A stretch of DNA of 64,000 bases from an uncultured Planctomycetaceae bacterium (GTDB lineage Bacteria > Planctomycetota > Planctomycetia > Pirellulales > PALSA-1355), in NCBI GenBank assembly GCA_963785305.1, contig CAWAUV010000001.1, forward strand, positions 150,132 to 214,131. Direction: 5' to 3'. The first letter of the stretch is position 1; each line of letters starts with the position of its first letter. Positions 10,464-23,311 of this stretch are shown in pieces. Both the position numbers and the translations under genes were made by a program. Under the pieces are notes generated by a model. The model was not told the DNA's origin. It worked only from the letters and a program-made list of their open reading frames with translations, and searched no databases.

Positions 10464-11382
10464 TCAACGATTCGGATCGTCGCCCGGCGCGGCGGCGCGG
10501 CGCGCGGTCGAGAGAGCGTGGCCGGTGCGCAGGTCGAGCGTTCGCGGCTCGCCTGTCGGACTTTCGAGCGAGCCTTGCTTGGTCGCATATTGTCGCAAAA
10601 CGGCCAGCTTGTCGGCCGCGCGCGGATCGCCCGGCCGCTCGCTGCCGGGGGCGTGGCCCCACACAATGCGCGAGCCGCCGCGGGTGAGCAGATCGTAAAG
10701 AATATCATCGGTCGTGCGGACTCCGGCCGGAGGCACGATCGGCACAATGTCGCTCGAGCCGCAGGTTTTTCCAATCATCGGCCAGCGCCGCGGCCAACCT
10801 CGCGCCGCCAGCCACTCGGGCATCACCCCAGCGCGAACCTTGAGGCCCGACCGGCACTGTTTTGATCTCGGTAATGCGCGGATAGGCCGCCGCTTCCTCG
10901 GGCGTGAAATCATCGCTCGGCAGCAGCACGCCCTCGCCGTCGACCGGCAACAGGCCGCCGCTCACTTCGACCATCGCCGCCGGTTTGCGGTAGTTCAACT
11001 CCACGACCAGCCGGGCCGGGTGGCTCTTGCTCACGCGGGTCACTTTGGCGACCCAGGGATGGAGCTGAAATGCCTGAGCCACGCGCACCGTGACGCCTTC
11101 ATCGATCAGCGACAGCCCGGAGTCGAGCCCTCCGCTGCGAATCACTTCGTTTTTGACATCGGCCCGAATCCAGGCCGGCGGGGGCGTGATTGCGATATTG
11201 GCCGCTTCGATGCGATATTCCGACCGCGCGAGCACATGCCCGCGCACATGGTCCCACAGGGTGAGCCACAGGCCGGCTCCCGAGGCCACGAGCACGGCAA
11301 TGAGCAACAGCCAGCGAATGGCCCGACCCGCCCCGCGCGGCGCGGCGGCTGTCGCCGGCGGATCGGCCTTTTTGGCGGCCAT
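10464..11382 (-). CDS. FtsQ/DivIB-like bitopic membrane protein; frameshift ~10750
   Basis: Single N-terminal TM helix, a POTRA-like segment (VAQAFQLHPWVAKVTRVSKSHPARLVVELNYRKPAAMV) and LLPVDGEGVLLP. Lies directly downstream of murB. Confidence 0.65.
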
Positions 11383-11550
11383 TGAGGAGCCTCCTTGCCA
11401 CTCAAAAAAATTGCCACTCCCGAAAAAACCGGTTTGGCCGCCCGAAATGGGAGGCCCTCTTTTCCGGCCCGCTGGCATCGTGCCCAAAGAGGCCGCGCCG
11501 AAAAAAAAGTCGCTGGAATCGAAATTCGCGAATTCCGCGTGCCTATTAGG

Positions 11551-12429
11551 CTACCAGACCTCGATTTCCAACTCCAGTTCGATTCCGAGGCGTTCGCCGA
11601 CGCGCGACCGGACAAGATCGACCAAATCGAGCACATCGCGGCTCGTGGCGCCGGGCGTGGTGACGATGAAATTAGCGTGGCGATCGCTCACCGTGGCCTG
11701 CCCGACCGCGGCGCCTTTGAGCCCGCATTGATCGATGAGCATGCCGGCGCTCATGCCTCGCGGATTTTTGAACACACAGCCGGCGCTCTGATGACTCAGC
11801 GGCTGGGCGGCCTTTTTGATGATCCACTGCTTCTGCATTCGCTTGGTGAGATCATCGGGATCATCGCGCTCCAGGCGAATTTGAGCTTCCAAGATCACCA
11901 GTTCATCGAGCGAGCTTTGGCGATAGGAAAACACGAGCTCTTCGCGCTGGCGCTGCTCGATTTCGCCGGCGCGGTTCATCACCGTGGCCCGGCAGGTCCA
12001 CTGGCCGATGTCGCCGCTACGGCTGCCAGCGTTGCCGCGGAGCGCGCCGCCCAGGGCGCCGGGAATGCCGACCAGGGTTTCCAGGCCGGCGAGCCCGTGG
12101 CGCACGGCGGTCGAGATCACATGGCCGAGCTTCGCGCCGGCGCCCGCGGAGATGGTCTGATCGTCGACCGAGATTTCGCTAAACGCCGGCGCCGAAAGAT
12201 GGATCACGGCGCCCGCCACGCCTTCGTCTCGCACCAGCACATTCGAGCCGCCGCCCAAAAGCCGCACCGGGGTCTGCGTCTCGTGGCAATGGCGCACCAC
12301 CGCCGCCAGCTCCTCGATGCTCTCGGGCTGAATGAAGTATTCGGCCGGCCCACCCAGATGGAACCAGGTGTGCCGGGCCAGCAGCTCTTGCCGCCGCGTG
12401 ATTTTTTCAAAGCCTGTGAATGATGCCAT
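11551..12429 (-). CDS. murB: UDP-N-acetylmuramate dehydrogenase
   Basis: LARHTWFHLGGPAEY, LGGGSNVLV, GIPGALGGALRGNAG, FSYRQS, SAGCVFKNP, VSDRHANFI and LELEI. Confidence 0.96.
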   Translation of the reverse strand: MASFTGFEKITRRQELLARHTWFHLGGPAEYFIQPESIEELAAVVRHCHETQTPVRLLGGGSNVLVRDEGVAGAVIHLSAPAFSEISVDDQTISAGAGAKLGHVISTAVRHGLAGLETLVGIPGALGGALRGNAGSRSGDIGQWTCRATVMNRAGEIEQRQREELVFSYRQSSLDELVILEAQIRLERDDPDDLTKRMQKQWIIKKAAQPLSHQSAGCVFKNPRGMSAGMLIDQCGLKGAAVGQATVSDRHANFIVTTPGATSRDVLDLVDLVRSRVGERLGIELELEIEVW

Positions 12430-13895
12430 GCGCTATTTTTCCGATGTTTCCGGCGCCTATCGTCACCAAAACGTCGCCGGGCCGCAAGTCCCGCGCGAGC
12501 CGCAAGGCAATTTCCTCCGCCGCATGGGTCGAGGCGACCGATGCGCCACCAGCACGAACCGCCGCTGCTAGCTGCCGACTCACGGCGCGGGCATCGGGCG
12601 CGGGCGCCGACTCCCGAGCCAAGAACGTGTCGACGATGAGGACCTTCTCCGCATTTTGCAGATTCCGGGCGAACTCGTCCAGCATCGCGCGGGCCCGGAC
12701 AGCCTGATGCGGCTCAAACACGGCCCACACCCGCCGCCCGGGAAACGCCTGGCGCACCGCCGCGAGCGTGGCCGCGACCGCGGTCGGATGATGGGCATAA
12801 TCATCGACCACGGTCACGCCCGCCGCATGCCCCAGCACTTCGAGCCGCCGCTCCAGCCCGGCGAAATCCGCAAGCGCCGCGAGGATTGTTGCGTCGTCGA
12901 CGCCCAAGATCGAAGCCACGGCGATCGCCGCCAGGGCATTCGAGACATTATGAGCGCCGAGCACTTTGAGCGAAACGGGGCCGAGCCGGTTCTTTCCAGC
13001 CTCGCCGCGCGAATGGCGTCGGGCCATCGCGGCCACCGACCGCTCGACCGAAAAGCTGTAATAGCCGGCGCTTTGCGCGATATCCACGGCGCGCGAATCC
13101 GCGTCGCCCGCGAGACCAAAGGTCAAAGCGTTTTTCACCCCACTCTCGCGGCCAATCGCCCGCGCGTTCTGACAATCGGCTGAAACCAAGAGCAAACTTT
13201 CCGCCGCCAGCCCGGCCACGAAGCTTCGAAACGCTGCCCGAGTATCGCCCGGCGTGGGAAAACAATCCACGTGGTCCCATTCGATATTTAAAATCACCGC
13301 GATCTCGGGCCGCAAATGGCAAAAATGTCGGCGATACTCACAAGCCTCGGCCACGAGCCACGGCCCCCGGCCCAATAAGCCGCCACTTCGCGCGCCCCGT
13401 GGCGAAGCGCCGACGAGCGCGGTGGGGTCGAGCCCTCCGGCCGTGAGCAGCGCGGCCATCAGGAGGGCGGCGGTCGACTTGCCATGCGACCCGGCCACGG
13501 CCACTCCGCGGCGAGCCCGCATCAGCCGGCCAAGCATTCGCGGATAGCCGAGCGTGGGGATGCCGAGCGCCCGAGCCGCGCGAAGTTCCACATTGTCGCT
13601 CGCTACGGCGGGACTATGAATCACAAGCTCGCAACCGCGAGGCACGTTGACGGCGGAGTGCCCAGTCGTGGCGAGATCGGAGCTGGTTATCCGCCATTGC
13701 GCTTGTCGCAGCACCGCGGCGAGCGACCGCATTCCCGCGCCGGACGCTCCGACCGAGATGGGCCGACGCAGGGCTCAGCCAACTGGGCGCCGCCGTCTCG
13801 GGCTCGATGAGGGACGATGGAGACGGCATGGTGCGCGACATTGTCATGGGATCCCGATGCCGAGTGGCGCCAGCGATAAGGGAAACATGCGCCAT
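12407..13895 (-). CDS. murC: UDP-N-acetylmuramate--L-alanine ligase; frameshift ~13754
   Basis: HL-VGASGAGMRSLA (restored by removing one base), VAGSHGKST, VAEACEY, NIEWDHVD, GLERRLE, VDDYAHHPT, FEPHQ and TIGAGNI. Confidence 0.9.
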
Positions 13896-14991
13896 TCAAG
13901 CCGCCAGGGACCGTGAACGTCGCTGGACCAGTGGCGCCAGCAGCGCTTCGAGCGAGGCCAGGCCCGCGTCGAGCCGTGCTTCTGCCCGCAGGGCCCACAG
14001 CGGCTTCGAGCCCAAGCGGGCTACCGGCAATTTGACGAGGTCCTTATGCGTACACACGATCGCTTCGACCGGCAGCGAATCGGCCCAAGCCGCGAGCTCC
14101 CCGATATCGCGATCCGAATATAGATGGTGATCGCCATAGTCCCGCGCGGCGACGATCTTACAGCCAGCGTTCGACAGCGAGTAATGAAAGCCAGCCGGAT
14201 TGCCGATTCCACACCAGCGCCGCCACCCGCATTCCGCCGAGCCGATCAAGCGACGATTCCTCGCCGCCACTCGTGCGCAAAGCCACCGGCGCATGCCGCA
14301 TTTCCAACCACGCGGCGCCGGGAGCCAAATTCATGTACCGCTGGCGGATCGTTTCGCGCTCGGGGCGATCGATCATATCGGCCCGCGTCAGGCCGATTAC
14401 CCGCGCAGGCGGGCGCCGGCGAGCGGCTCTCGAAGCGTGCCGCGGGGGAACACATGCTCAAAGCCAAACGGCTCGCAAGCGTCGACCAGTAGAATATCGA
14501 GATCGCGATACACGCGGCGATGTTGAAAGGCGTCGTCGAGCAGCAGCAGTTCGGCGCCGTGCTGGTCGATCGCGCGCTGGCAAGCCGATAATCGGTCGGC
14601 ATGTTGGCAATGCGGAACACCCGGAAGTTTCTCGGCGAGCTCTCGCGCCTCGTCGTTGAGCCTTTCGATATCGGGTGAATCGCCCGACGCGGGCGCCCCG
14701 TAGCCGCGGCTCACGATCGCCACCCGCACTCCCCGCGCCACGAGCCACCGGGCCAGCCATTCGACAAACGGAGTCTTGCCCACCCCGCCCAAAGTAAGAT
14801 TGCCGACACTAATCACCGGCGCCGACACGCGACGCGGCACGGCTCGGCCGGTGTCGTAGCGCCAATTGCGCAGCGCGCATCGCCGCCGCATAGGGCGTTT
14901 CCAGCAAGCGCAACACGGCGCGCAGGACAATGTCGCTCGCTCGCGCGCGGCGTCCGCTAACCAACTCGCGAAAATCGTGGCCTCGCATCAT
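13896..14991 (-). CDS. lpxK: Tetraacyldisaccharide 4'-kinase; several frameshifts
   Basis: PVISVGNLTLGGVGKTP, IVSRGYG, NDEA, LLLDDAFQHRRVYRDLDILL, PRGTLREP, CGIGNP..F, YGDHHLY and CTHKDLVKL are spread over ORFs 14809, 14397, 14158 and 13896. Confidence 0.9.
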
Positions 14992-15135
14992 GGCGGCATC
15001 ATAGCCGAGACCGGGCCGCGAAGCCGAGAGCATTCCGGGCCGGAGAATCAGAGCCGCCTCCATTCCCCGGAGCCTCGAAAGGCCGTCGCGACGCCATTTC
15101 GATTCGCTTACAGCCTATTCGAGAACTTCGGCGGG

Positions 15136-15168
15136 CCCTCGCCCTCCCCTCTCCCAAAGGGACAGGGG
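15136..15168. repeat. CCCTCTCCC...GGGAGAGGG-type short palindromic (REP-like) element, degenerate
   Basis: CCCTCGCCCT followed by the hairpin CCCCTCTCCC-AAA-GGGACAGGGG, just downstream of the FAH gene stop. Only one copy in the window. Confidence 0.4.
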
Positions 15169-15187
15169 AAACTCGCCGGATAGGCTC

Positions 15188-16051
15188 TTACGCCACCGCC
15201 ACCGGGTTTCGCAAGCGGCCGATGCCGGCAATTTCGATTTCCACCACGTCGCCCGCCGCCAGCGTGAAATCGCGGTCGGGCACGATTCCGGCGCCGGTCA
15301 GCAGAAACACGCCCTGGGGGAATGAATTCGAGCGGCCCAGCCAGCCGATCAGTTCCTCGAACGAACGCACGAGCTGATCGGAACTGGTCTCGCCCGAAAA
15401 AACCACGCCGCCGCCGCGCTCGATGCGCATCGCAATGGCAAAGGGCTTGACTCGCGGGGCGTCGAACAGCGTGACCCAGGGGCCAAGACCGCAGCAGGCG
15501 TCGTAGACTTTGGCCTGCGGCAAATAGAGCGGATTCTCGCCCTCGATATCGCGGCTGCTCATGTCGTTGCCAATCGTGAAGCCGGCCAGTCGCATCCGCG
15601 AGTCGATGACCAGCGTGAGCTCCGGCTCGGGCACATTCCAGGTGGCGTCGCGGCGAATGCAAACCGGCGCCCCGGGCCCAACGACGCGATGCGGAGTCGC
15701 CTTGAAGAATAGTTCCGGTCGCGGGGCGGCATACACGCGATCATAGAGCGAAGCGGCGGCGTCGGATTCCTCCATTCGCGCCGTCTTGCTGCGGCGATAG
15801 GTGACTCCGGCGGCCCAGACTTCTTGCCGATCGATCGGCGCGAGCAGCCGCACATCGCCCAGTGGCAACGATCCGTTTCGCGACTCGGTGAGCTCCCGCG
15901 CGATCGCGAAGCAATCGTCGGCGCCGAGAATCTCGCTGAGCGAGCCGAATTGCGGATGCGGCCGCGCTGGATAGACCCGCTCATCGGCAATGCGCGCCAC
16001 GGCGACGACGCCATCGGGCAGGAGACACTTGGCGAGATGGATCGAGCTCAT
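15188..16051 (-). CDS. Fumarylacetoacetate hydrolase family protein (2-keto-3-deoxypentonate dehydratase-like)
   Basis: [63 protein letters not shown] and LLTGAGIVP. Its ATG overlaps the upstream stop (ATGA). Confidence 0.92.
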   Translation of the reverse strand: MSSIHLAKCLLPDGVVAVARIADERVYPARPHPQFGSLSEILGADDCFAIARELTESRNGSLPLGDVRLLAPIDRQEVWAAGVTYRRSKTARMEESDAAASLYDRVYAAPRPELFFKATPHRVVGPGAPVCIRRDATWNVPEPELTLVIDSRMRLAGFTIGNDMSSRDIEGENPLYLPQAKVYDACCGLGPWVTLFDAPRVKPFAIAMRIERGGGVVFSGETSSDQLVRSFEELIGWLGRSNSFPQGVFLLTGAGIVPDRDFTLAAGDVVEIEIAGIGRLRNPVAVA

Positions 16052-19000
16052 GGTTTCGTGTCGCTCGCCGGCGCATCGGCCGCCGGCAGTGAATGAATAT
16101 AGTCCCAAAGCGCGTCGAACTGGAGCACGGCGTCGCCCTGCATTCGTCCGGTCACGGCCGTGTGGCGCCGATCGGTGGTGAAACGCGGCATCTTCGACCG
16201 CGGGTCGATGCGGAGCGGATCGAGCATCCAGCGGCGATAATAGCCGATGCGCATTCGCTCCGCCACATGCGGAAAACTCACGCCTTGGGCGTTGTTTTCT
16301 TGCTTCTGGGTAACGCCATCGATCGAATGGCATTGCCGGCAATCGAGGCCGCCTTGCTTGACGCTCAGCTCGCGGCCGATGTCGACGCTGGCGGCCAATT
16401 GCCGCGGAGTCTTCAGCCAAGTCGCCTCGCGCGGCGGACGATCGCCGGCCACCGGATCCGGATCCTCGGGCGCCATGCCATGCTGCGCCGCGAGCCCCAA
16501 GGCGATCGCTTCGCCGCGGCCCGAAAAAGTCGGCATTCGCGCTTTGAGCCACGGCCGGGCCTGATATGGCAGCGTGCCTTCGATGAGTCGCTTCGTCCAA
16601 GCGGTTTGCAATTTTTCGCCGACCCAAGTAAGCGAGGGGATTCCCTCGGGCGGGAAGCCTTGCGTGCCCTCTTCATCGAGCACGGCGGCCATGGCGGTGG
16701 CTTGGGAATCGCGGGCATGGCAAGCAGCGCAGCGCAGCGTCTTCATCTCGCGCGCCGCGATCTCCGCCGGAGCGTCGCGCCACGCGGGGCGATCGCCAGC
16801 GGCGATAAATGCTCGCAGGGCCGCGAGCTCGGTGGCGGTGAAGTTGTATTCGGGAGCGGCCGGGGGGAGGGTTGATGGGTCGGCTTTTTCTCGCGTGGCG
16901 CGAGGCGTCAAACAACCGCGTTTCGTCTCGGCATCCTTCGGCCATTCGACGCGCGTGGGCAGTTCGCGTTGTGGGCCGTGGGAGTGACACTGCCCACAGC
17001 CCGACTTGGCGAACCAAGCTTTGCCACGCTCGGCCGCCGCGGCATGATCGGGGGCGGGGCGGTTCCGATCGCCGCTGACTGCCTCTTGGGCGGCTGGGAC
17101 CTTCGAGCGCACAAACGCCGCGAGCGAATTGCGCTCCTCGGTCGACAAATGAAAATTCGGCATCCGTGTCGCCGCGAAATGGGCTTCCGGCCGAGCCAAG
17201 AACTGTTCGAGCCGGCCCGGTGGAAATTTCTTCGCCACATTCGCCAGCGACACTCGGCCGAATGCGTCTTTGGCCTCCGGCGGCGTAAGGCGATGGCACT
17301 GGATGCAGCCCAAGTCTTCATGGAGCGTCTCGCCCCGCGCGACGAGCTCGCCCGCGCCGGCCATCGGCGCCGCATCGCCCTCGGGCGCCGCCGCCCCGTC
17401 GATGGAAGCCAAATACGCCGCGATGTCGGCCGCTTGTCGCTGGGCGGTCGCCTCGGGCCGATCCACCAATACCTTCGGCATCGTGACATCGTCGCGCTGC
17501 GAACGGGGATCGAGCAGCCACTCCGTCAGCCAGCTTTCGCGCAGCCGGCTTCCGATTTCGTCGAACCGTGGTCCCGGTCGCCGCATGCCGAGCGCCTCAT
17601 GACAGTTTCCGCAACGAGCCGCCTGGAATAGATCATGGCCCGCGCGCCACAACTCGCTCGCCACAAGTTCCGGATCTCGCGTGTCGTGCCAGAGCATCGT
17701 CGGCGGAACTGGCTCGGTGGTAAACGCGGCCGACGACCACAATAGCCGGCAAGCGGCATCGCCTTGCCGTGGACTCGTATACGCGATGCGCACACGATTC
17801 AGCCCTTTATGCAGCACCACCTCCGCCGACGCCGCCGCCGCCGCGAGATCAGGTCCGGCCGCCACGAGCGTTTCGGCATCGTTTATCCACAGTCGCGCCG
17901 AGCCGGCGCCGGCGAATGAAAAGCGGTAGGCGCCACGAAGATCGAGCCTTATGAATCCATTGGCTTCGGCCATGAATGGCCCGGCTTCGAGCGTCATGCT
18001 GGGCGCTTCGTCCGCGGGCGATGTCCACGCCGCCAGCCGGGCGACGCGCGCCGCCCGCGGGTTGGCGCCCGGGCCGCGCGGCGTTTTTCGAGGCCCGGCG
18101 TGTTCAAACGCCACCGCCAAGCCCGCCGCGAGCGATGCCGCGTCGATATCCACCACCGGCGTCGTCCCGTGCGCCGGCGTCGTGGGCTGCGTGCGAACAT
18201 CGTTCGGCAGGGCGCCGAGCGCATGGATCGTGCCATACAGCGCCGAGTCGAACGCCTCGCCATCGCGGGCCTTGAGCGTCGCCCGCATGCCGATCTGCAT
18301 CACCGGCTGGAGATCCTCGATGGCGAGAAACACCGTGCGCCCGTCTGGTTGAAGCACCGCGGCCGTCACGGGCCAGGTGTCGAGGCCTTCGGTCTTGGGG
18401 GCCGATGGTTTGAAGTCGGGCGAGCCATATGCTCCCGTCCAGCGGTAGTTCCAAGCTTGAACATCGTAGTTGTCGATATCTTCGGCCATCGCGCGGTCGA
18501 GCGGCCGGGAATACGTCACGAGCATGCCGCCGGAGACGAAGTGAAACGCCACCGGCGCATTGAGCGGCGCTCCCGTGTAGCGCACTCGCTGGAAGCAGCC
18601 ATCGCGTTTGGCGTTGGTTTGCCAGCCTTGTAGACCGGTAACGTAGAGCTGGCCATCGCGTGGAGAAAAGCGACCGCGCATGGCGCCGGATTCGAATTCG
18701 ATTCCAAGCGACATAATGGCGCCCTGCTGACGCGAGCCAACCGTTTCGCGCATCGCCGCCAGCAGCGAGCAGCGGCCATAGGAAAGGTGCAGGAGGTCGC
18801 CGCTCAAAGGCCCCCAGCCCGTGGCCGGCGCCCAAACTTGGCCTCCCGAGGAATTGTCGAGCGGTCGCGGAATCCAGCACAGCGGCGGGTCGTAAGTCGT
18901 GGGCTCCGCGGGTCGATGATGCGAAGTCATCATGCCGCAGAAGTCGCCTTCGCGCACGGCGAAGATCGCGGAGCCGGGCGTCCATGTGCCTTCTTGCGGC

Positions 19001-22000
19001 GACACGGTGATCGTGTCGTCGGGCCCGATGCCCATGCCGTTGGCGTTGCGCAGGCCGGTGGCGAAAACCGAGATACTGCCGCCGCTGGGGGCCACGCGCA
19101 GCAGCGATCCATCGTGAGAGCTCGCGCCGCGACTGTCTCCGCGGAGGTAATAGAAGGCGCCTTTCGAGTCGGTTTCGAGGCAGGTGGCGAACTCGTGGCC
19201 GTTTTGCGTGACTTCGCCATCGTTGTTGAAGTTTTCGTAGAAGTCGGTTTCGCCATCGTGGTTGAAATCATGGAGACGCGTGATCTGATCGCGGCCGAGC
19301 ACATAGATCTCGCCGTTGAGAATCTTGAGTCCCAACGGCTGAAAGAGCCCGGTGGCCATGCGCTTCCAAGTGACGTGGCCCAGCGTGGCGTCGATGCCGC
19401 GCACCAGCCAGACATCGCCATGGGCGGTCGAGACCGCGGCGTCGCCATTGGGAAAAAAGTCGTGGCCGCCGAGAAACATGAGCGCATGATGGGGATTGTC
19501 AAACGGCACACTGATCGTGTCGACCACATAAGCGGCCGTCGATTGCGACACGCTGCCGGTCGTGGCAAGCGGCGCGCCCCAGCGCGGGCCGCCGGGCAAA
19601 CAAAAACCTCGCAAGTCTTCCGGCGCCGGACTTGCCGCCACGAGGGCGCGAAACGCCGCCAAACTTTCGCGTGGTCCCGACCACAGGAGCAGTTTTTGAC
19701 TCGCCCGCTCCAGCGGACGAGCAAACGTCGAGAGCACGATCCGCGAATGGTTCGAGACCATCAAACGCGCGTCCGCCGGGCCAATGAGCGCGACCGCCGT
19801 GGTTGGTCCCGAGGGGTCTTTTGGTTCGATCAACGCCACGCCATCGACGATCCGGACAACATCTTCGGACCGATCCGTTTCGCAAACCAACATCTCCAGG
19901 TCGGTCGCCGCCGGCGCCGCGGCATTGGCCGGGCCACCAGTGATTTCGAGCGTGCGGCAGTGATCGCCCGCTGGTCGCCATGGGTTTCGAGCCACGGCGA
20001 CTCCAAAACGCTCGCGCGGCCCACGCGATAAGCCAACGTGACTCGGCGGTCGTGCAAATAAAGCCCCTCGTAATGCGCCCAATCCTTTGGCAGCGGGCCA
20101 GCCTTGGCGCCTCGCGGATTGTCGAACACTCCATTGCGCCCCATCCCGGGCGATGGGCCGCGTGAAACAGAATCTCGCCATCGACTTCCGCCGGACGCAG
20201 CAGGCCGTGGCGAAATCCGTTGAACTTCAAGAACTTGCCGCGCCAGCCGCAGCTCATGCGCAGGAGATCGTTGTCGTAGGCCACGGCCGCTTCGTTGTGA
20301 TCGCCCAGTCGAATCGCGATACCTTTGACCGCGACGTCTTCGTGGCCCTGAATCATGCCGCTAAAAAACGGCCCGGTGTCGGTCAGATTGAGCCGATCGT
20401 CTTGGCTGTCGGCCTCTTTCCAGAGCGTGGCGCGGTCGTTGAGTTTCTCGGCCTTGTGAACCGGGGCCGCGGCCAGGGCGCGATGCACGACATCGAAATA
20501 GCGTCCCGAATCGCTCGTATCGAAACGCCAGAGGGCGACCGTTTGCGGATCGACCGCGAAAGGAACCTTGGGCGCTCGACCGATCACGCGCGCAATGCTG
20601 CTGAAGCGGAGATCGTCGAGACGGCCTTGGCAGCGGATCGCGCCCGGCGGATAGCCGCCGATCCACAGGGGCCCCACTTCGCCCGCGGGGCGCGCGCGAC
20701 GCAGCGCGGCCTCGGCGGTCGGTCGGGCGTCGACATGGAGCCGCGCGCGGCTGCCGTCGAAGGTCATGGCCAAATAATGCCACTGGCCGTCGGTGATCGA
20801 GGTTTCGCTGTTCACATGATCGGGCGCATAGCCGGGCAGATAGGCCGCCAGTCGTCCACTTCGCGGCATGGTGAAAAGCTCCCAGTGCTCGGCCGAATCC
20901 TTGGAGCTTTGGGCGACGAGCACATTGTAATGCTCGGCGGAATCGAGTCGCGCCGAAAGCTCGACCGTGAACGGCGCGGCGGCGTATGCGGCGTTGGGTT
21001 TGACTTCGAGCGGACCGGCGGTGGCGTCGAGCGATGCGTGAAATGGTTCGCCGACGGTGTTCGCCGCGATCGGTTTGGCCGCGATCGGTTTGGCCGGCTC
21101 GGCTTGCCGGGGCGGCGTCGCTTTTTCAGAGGCCGCCGACTTTTCGGCCAGGGGCGCCGCCACTCCGGTTTCGGCGCCCGCGGCCCAGATCACGCCGCGC
21201 AAGGTGAGCTGCGCCGCGCCGGGCGATGTCAATGCGGCGGCGTCGTGGCCCAAGAGCGATTGAAACACGCGGCCATTGCCTTGGCGATGCGCCAGTGCGA
21301 TCGGCTCGTCGTGGCCCGTGACTTTCGAATGGGCCGTGGCTAGCACCTCCGCCGGAGCGGCGCCTTGTTGGCGATAGTACAGCTCATCGGTCGTGTCGAA
21401 GGCCCGCATGCCGCGCGTGATCGGATGCGTCGCGGGCGCGATCTCGACTCGAAAGGGGCCGTGGGCGTCGTGTCCGCTGCGCATCGCATGGGTCGCGGGA
21501 TCGATCGAATGATCCCACACCCGCGGACAGATTTTTTCGCGCCACTCGGGCCAGTCGGATTCGGCGGCATTGGGCAGCGAGAAATGGAAGGCGCCATTGG
21601 CGAAGTGAATGATCGCGAGCCCGCCGCCGCGCTTGAGATAGCGAATCAAGTTCGCCTTGGCCGCGTCGCTGGGCCCCGGCCGCTCCCAATTACAATAGTT
21701 GAGCACCACGACGCCATGGTGTTCGAGCTCGGGACGCGCCAAAAACTCGATATCTTGCTGGACGCTCGTGGCAAATCGCGGATCGGCGGCGAGCGCGGCT
21801 TCGAGCGCGGGCGTCGTTTCACGCCACCGATGGCCCGGACGTTGATGCCCGGTGACGATTACGGCCCGAATTTTGGCTTTTTCGTCGGGGAGCGCCGAGT
21901 CGACGCCGCCGGGCGGCACGTCGGCGCCGGCGACCCAGACAATCGCATTGAGGAGCAAGCGGCGCAAGGCCGAATTGCTCCAGTTGGCCAAGGCATGGCC

Positions 22001-22834
22001 GCCGGTAAACCCAAAGCCGCGGCCATGGTCTTCGCGCTCCACGGCCCAGGCCACCGCATAGTCGTCGCTTTCGCCGGGAGGACGGGTCGTGAGAATCGAT
22101 GTGCGCCGCGAGTCGTTGTCGCGGAAGCGAATGTTGTAATAAAACTCGTCGGCGATCTCGAAAGGTTCGACACCCCGCGAGATTGGGTGATCGGCCGCCG
22201 GCTTTAGCGCCGCCTTCCAGTGCTTGATCTTGGAAAACCAGCCGTTGGCTTGCGGGCCGCTCTGATAGTCGAAGTATCCGCCGATCCAGTCGAGCGCCCG
22301 CGGCCCGACGCGCGCCGGCAGAAACGTGCTGTAGTGAATCGTGGCGATTCCGCAACCGCGGCGCATTTGCCGCTCGACTCGGGCCAGATGATTGCCCACG
22401 ACGAGCGGATGATTCGATTCGACATGATCCGCGCCGCTGGTCACGAACACGATCGCGTCGGCCGCGTCGAGCGTCGAATCGTCTTCGGGCCAACCGGCCG
22501 AATATGTTTCAATGGCCAGCCCGGCGGGGTTCGCGGCTTTGAGATTCGGCGAATCATCGAGACATTGCTGGATGAGTCGCGTCGCGGCGGCGTATTCATG
22601 CGCCGCGGGCGGATGGCCATCGGGCGGGCCGCCGATGAGCACGATCTTTTTGGGCGCTGGCGCCTCGGCTAGCGTGGCGCCGGCTCCCAGCACGAACATC
22701 AACAACGGCGGAACCACCGACGCCAGCGCGGCAGGCGCCCACGCCCGAAAGTCGCGACTCGATCGGGGATTCGGCGCCGGGCCAGCGCCAGCGATGCAAC
22801 ACGATAGGGCGGCGATCGGCAAACGGTGGGACAC
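16048..22834 (-). CDS. Giant secreted fusion: 2x ThuA-like + LamG + DUF6797-like/beta-propeller + PA14 + five c-type hemes (~2,260 aa); frameshifts ~20150 and ~19960
   Basis: ORFs 22834, 20144 and 20181 join. Motifs: ThuA ([38 protein letters not shown]), LamG ([22 protein letters not shown]), propeller ([18 protein letters not shown]), PA14-like ([24 protein letters not shown]) and CGNCH, CIQCH, CGQCH, CAACH, CRQCH. Confidence 0.8.
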
Positions 22835-23283
22835 GGGTTTGAATCCTGCGATGGGAGAGAGAGGCGAGGCGCTGGCAGCGACACTTTCGGTGGGGCCATC
22901 ATAACGAGGAGCGCTCGAAGGCAGGGGTCATTGTAAATATGTGGCGCCCGCGGAGCGAAATCTTTTTGGCGCGGCCTCGGTTCGAATGCCGAACCGCGGC
23001 TTCACCGGGGGGAAGCGTCACTGCGTCTTCGCATTTTGCAAAGTGACCTCGCGGCGCCGGTGGGCGCCTCGAAGGGGTCTTTCGGTCCGTGACCCCACAT
23101 ACAATCCGAACACTGCATTAGAAAACCTGGAGTTGTCGCCGGCGGAAAACCGCAATGTTTTTATTAGGCCGAAGTTGTTTTTTCTTTTTTTTGGGCGGGA
23201 GCCTATATTTTTTTTCATCGGTAAAGAGCTTTTGCAAAATGACTTAAGGCGACCACCCCCCACATGGATATCAGCGACTCCGC

Positions 23284-23311
23284 TTGACTCCCCGCTAGAT
23301 GAAGCGACAAT
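23284..23311 (+). promoter_or_regulatory. Possible sigma70-type promoter for the 23820 gene
   Basis: TTGACT-N16-GACAAT preceded by AT-rich T-tracts (23157-23215), about 500 nt upstream of the ATG. Confidence 0.3.

Noticed and set aside
12407..14991. Calling murC and lpxK true pseudogenes
   Set aside because: Catalytic motifs are intact and indels of the same kind occur across the whole window, so sequencing error is more parsimonious.
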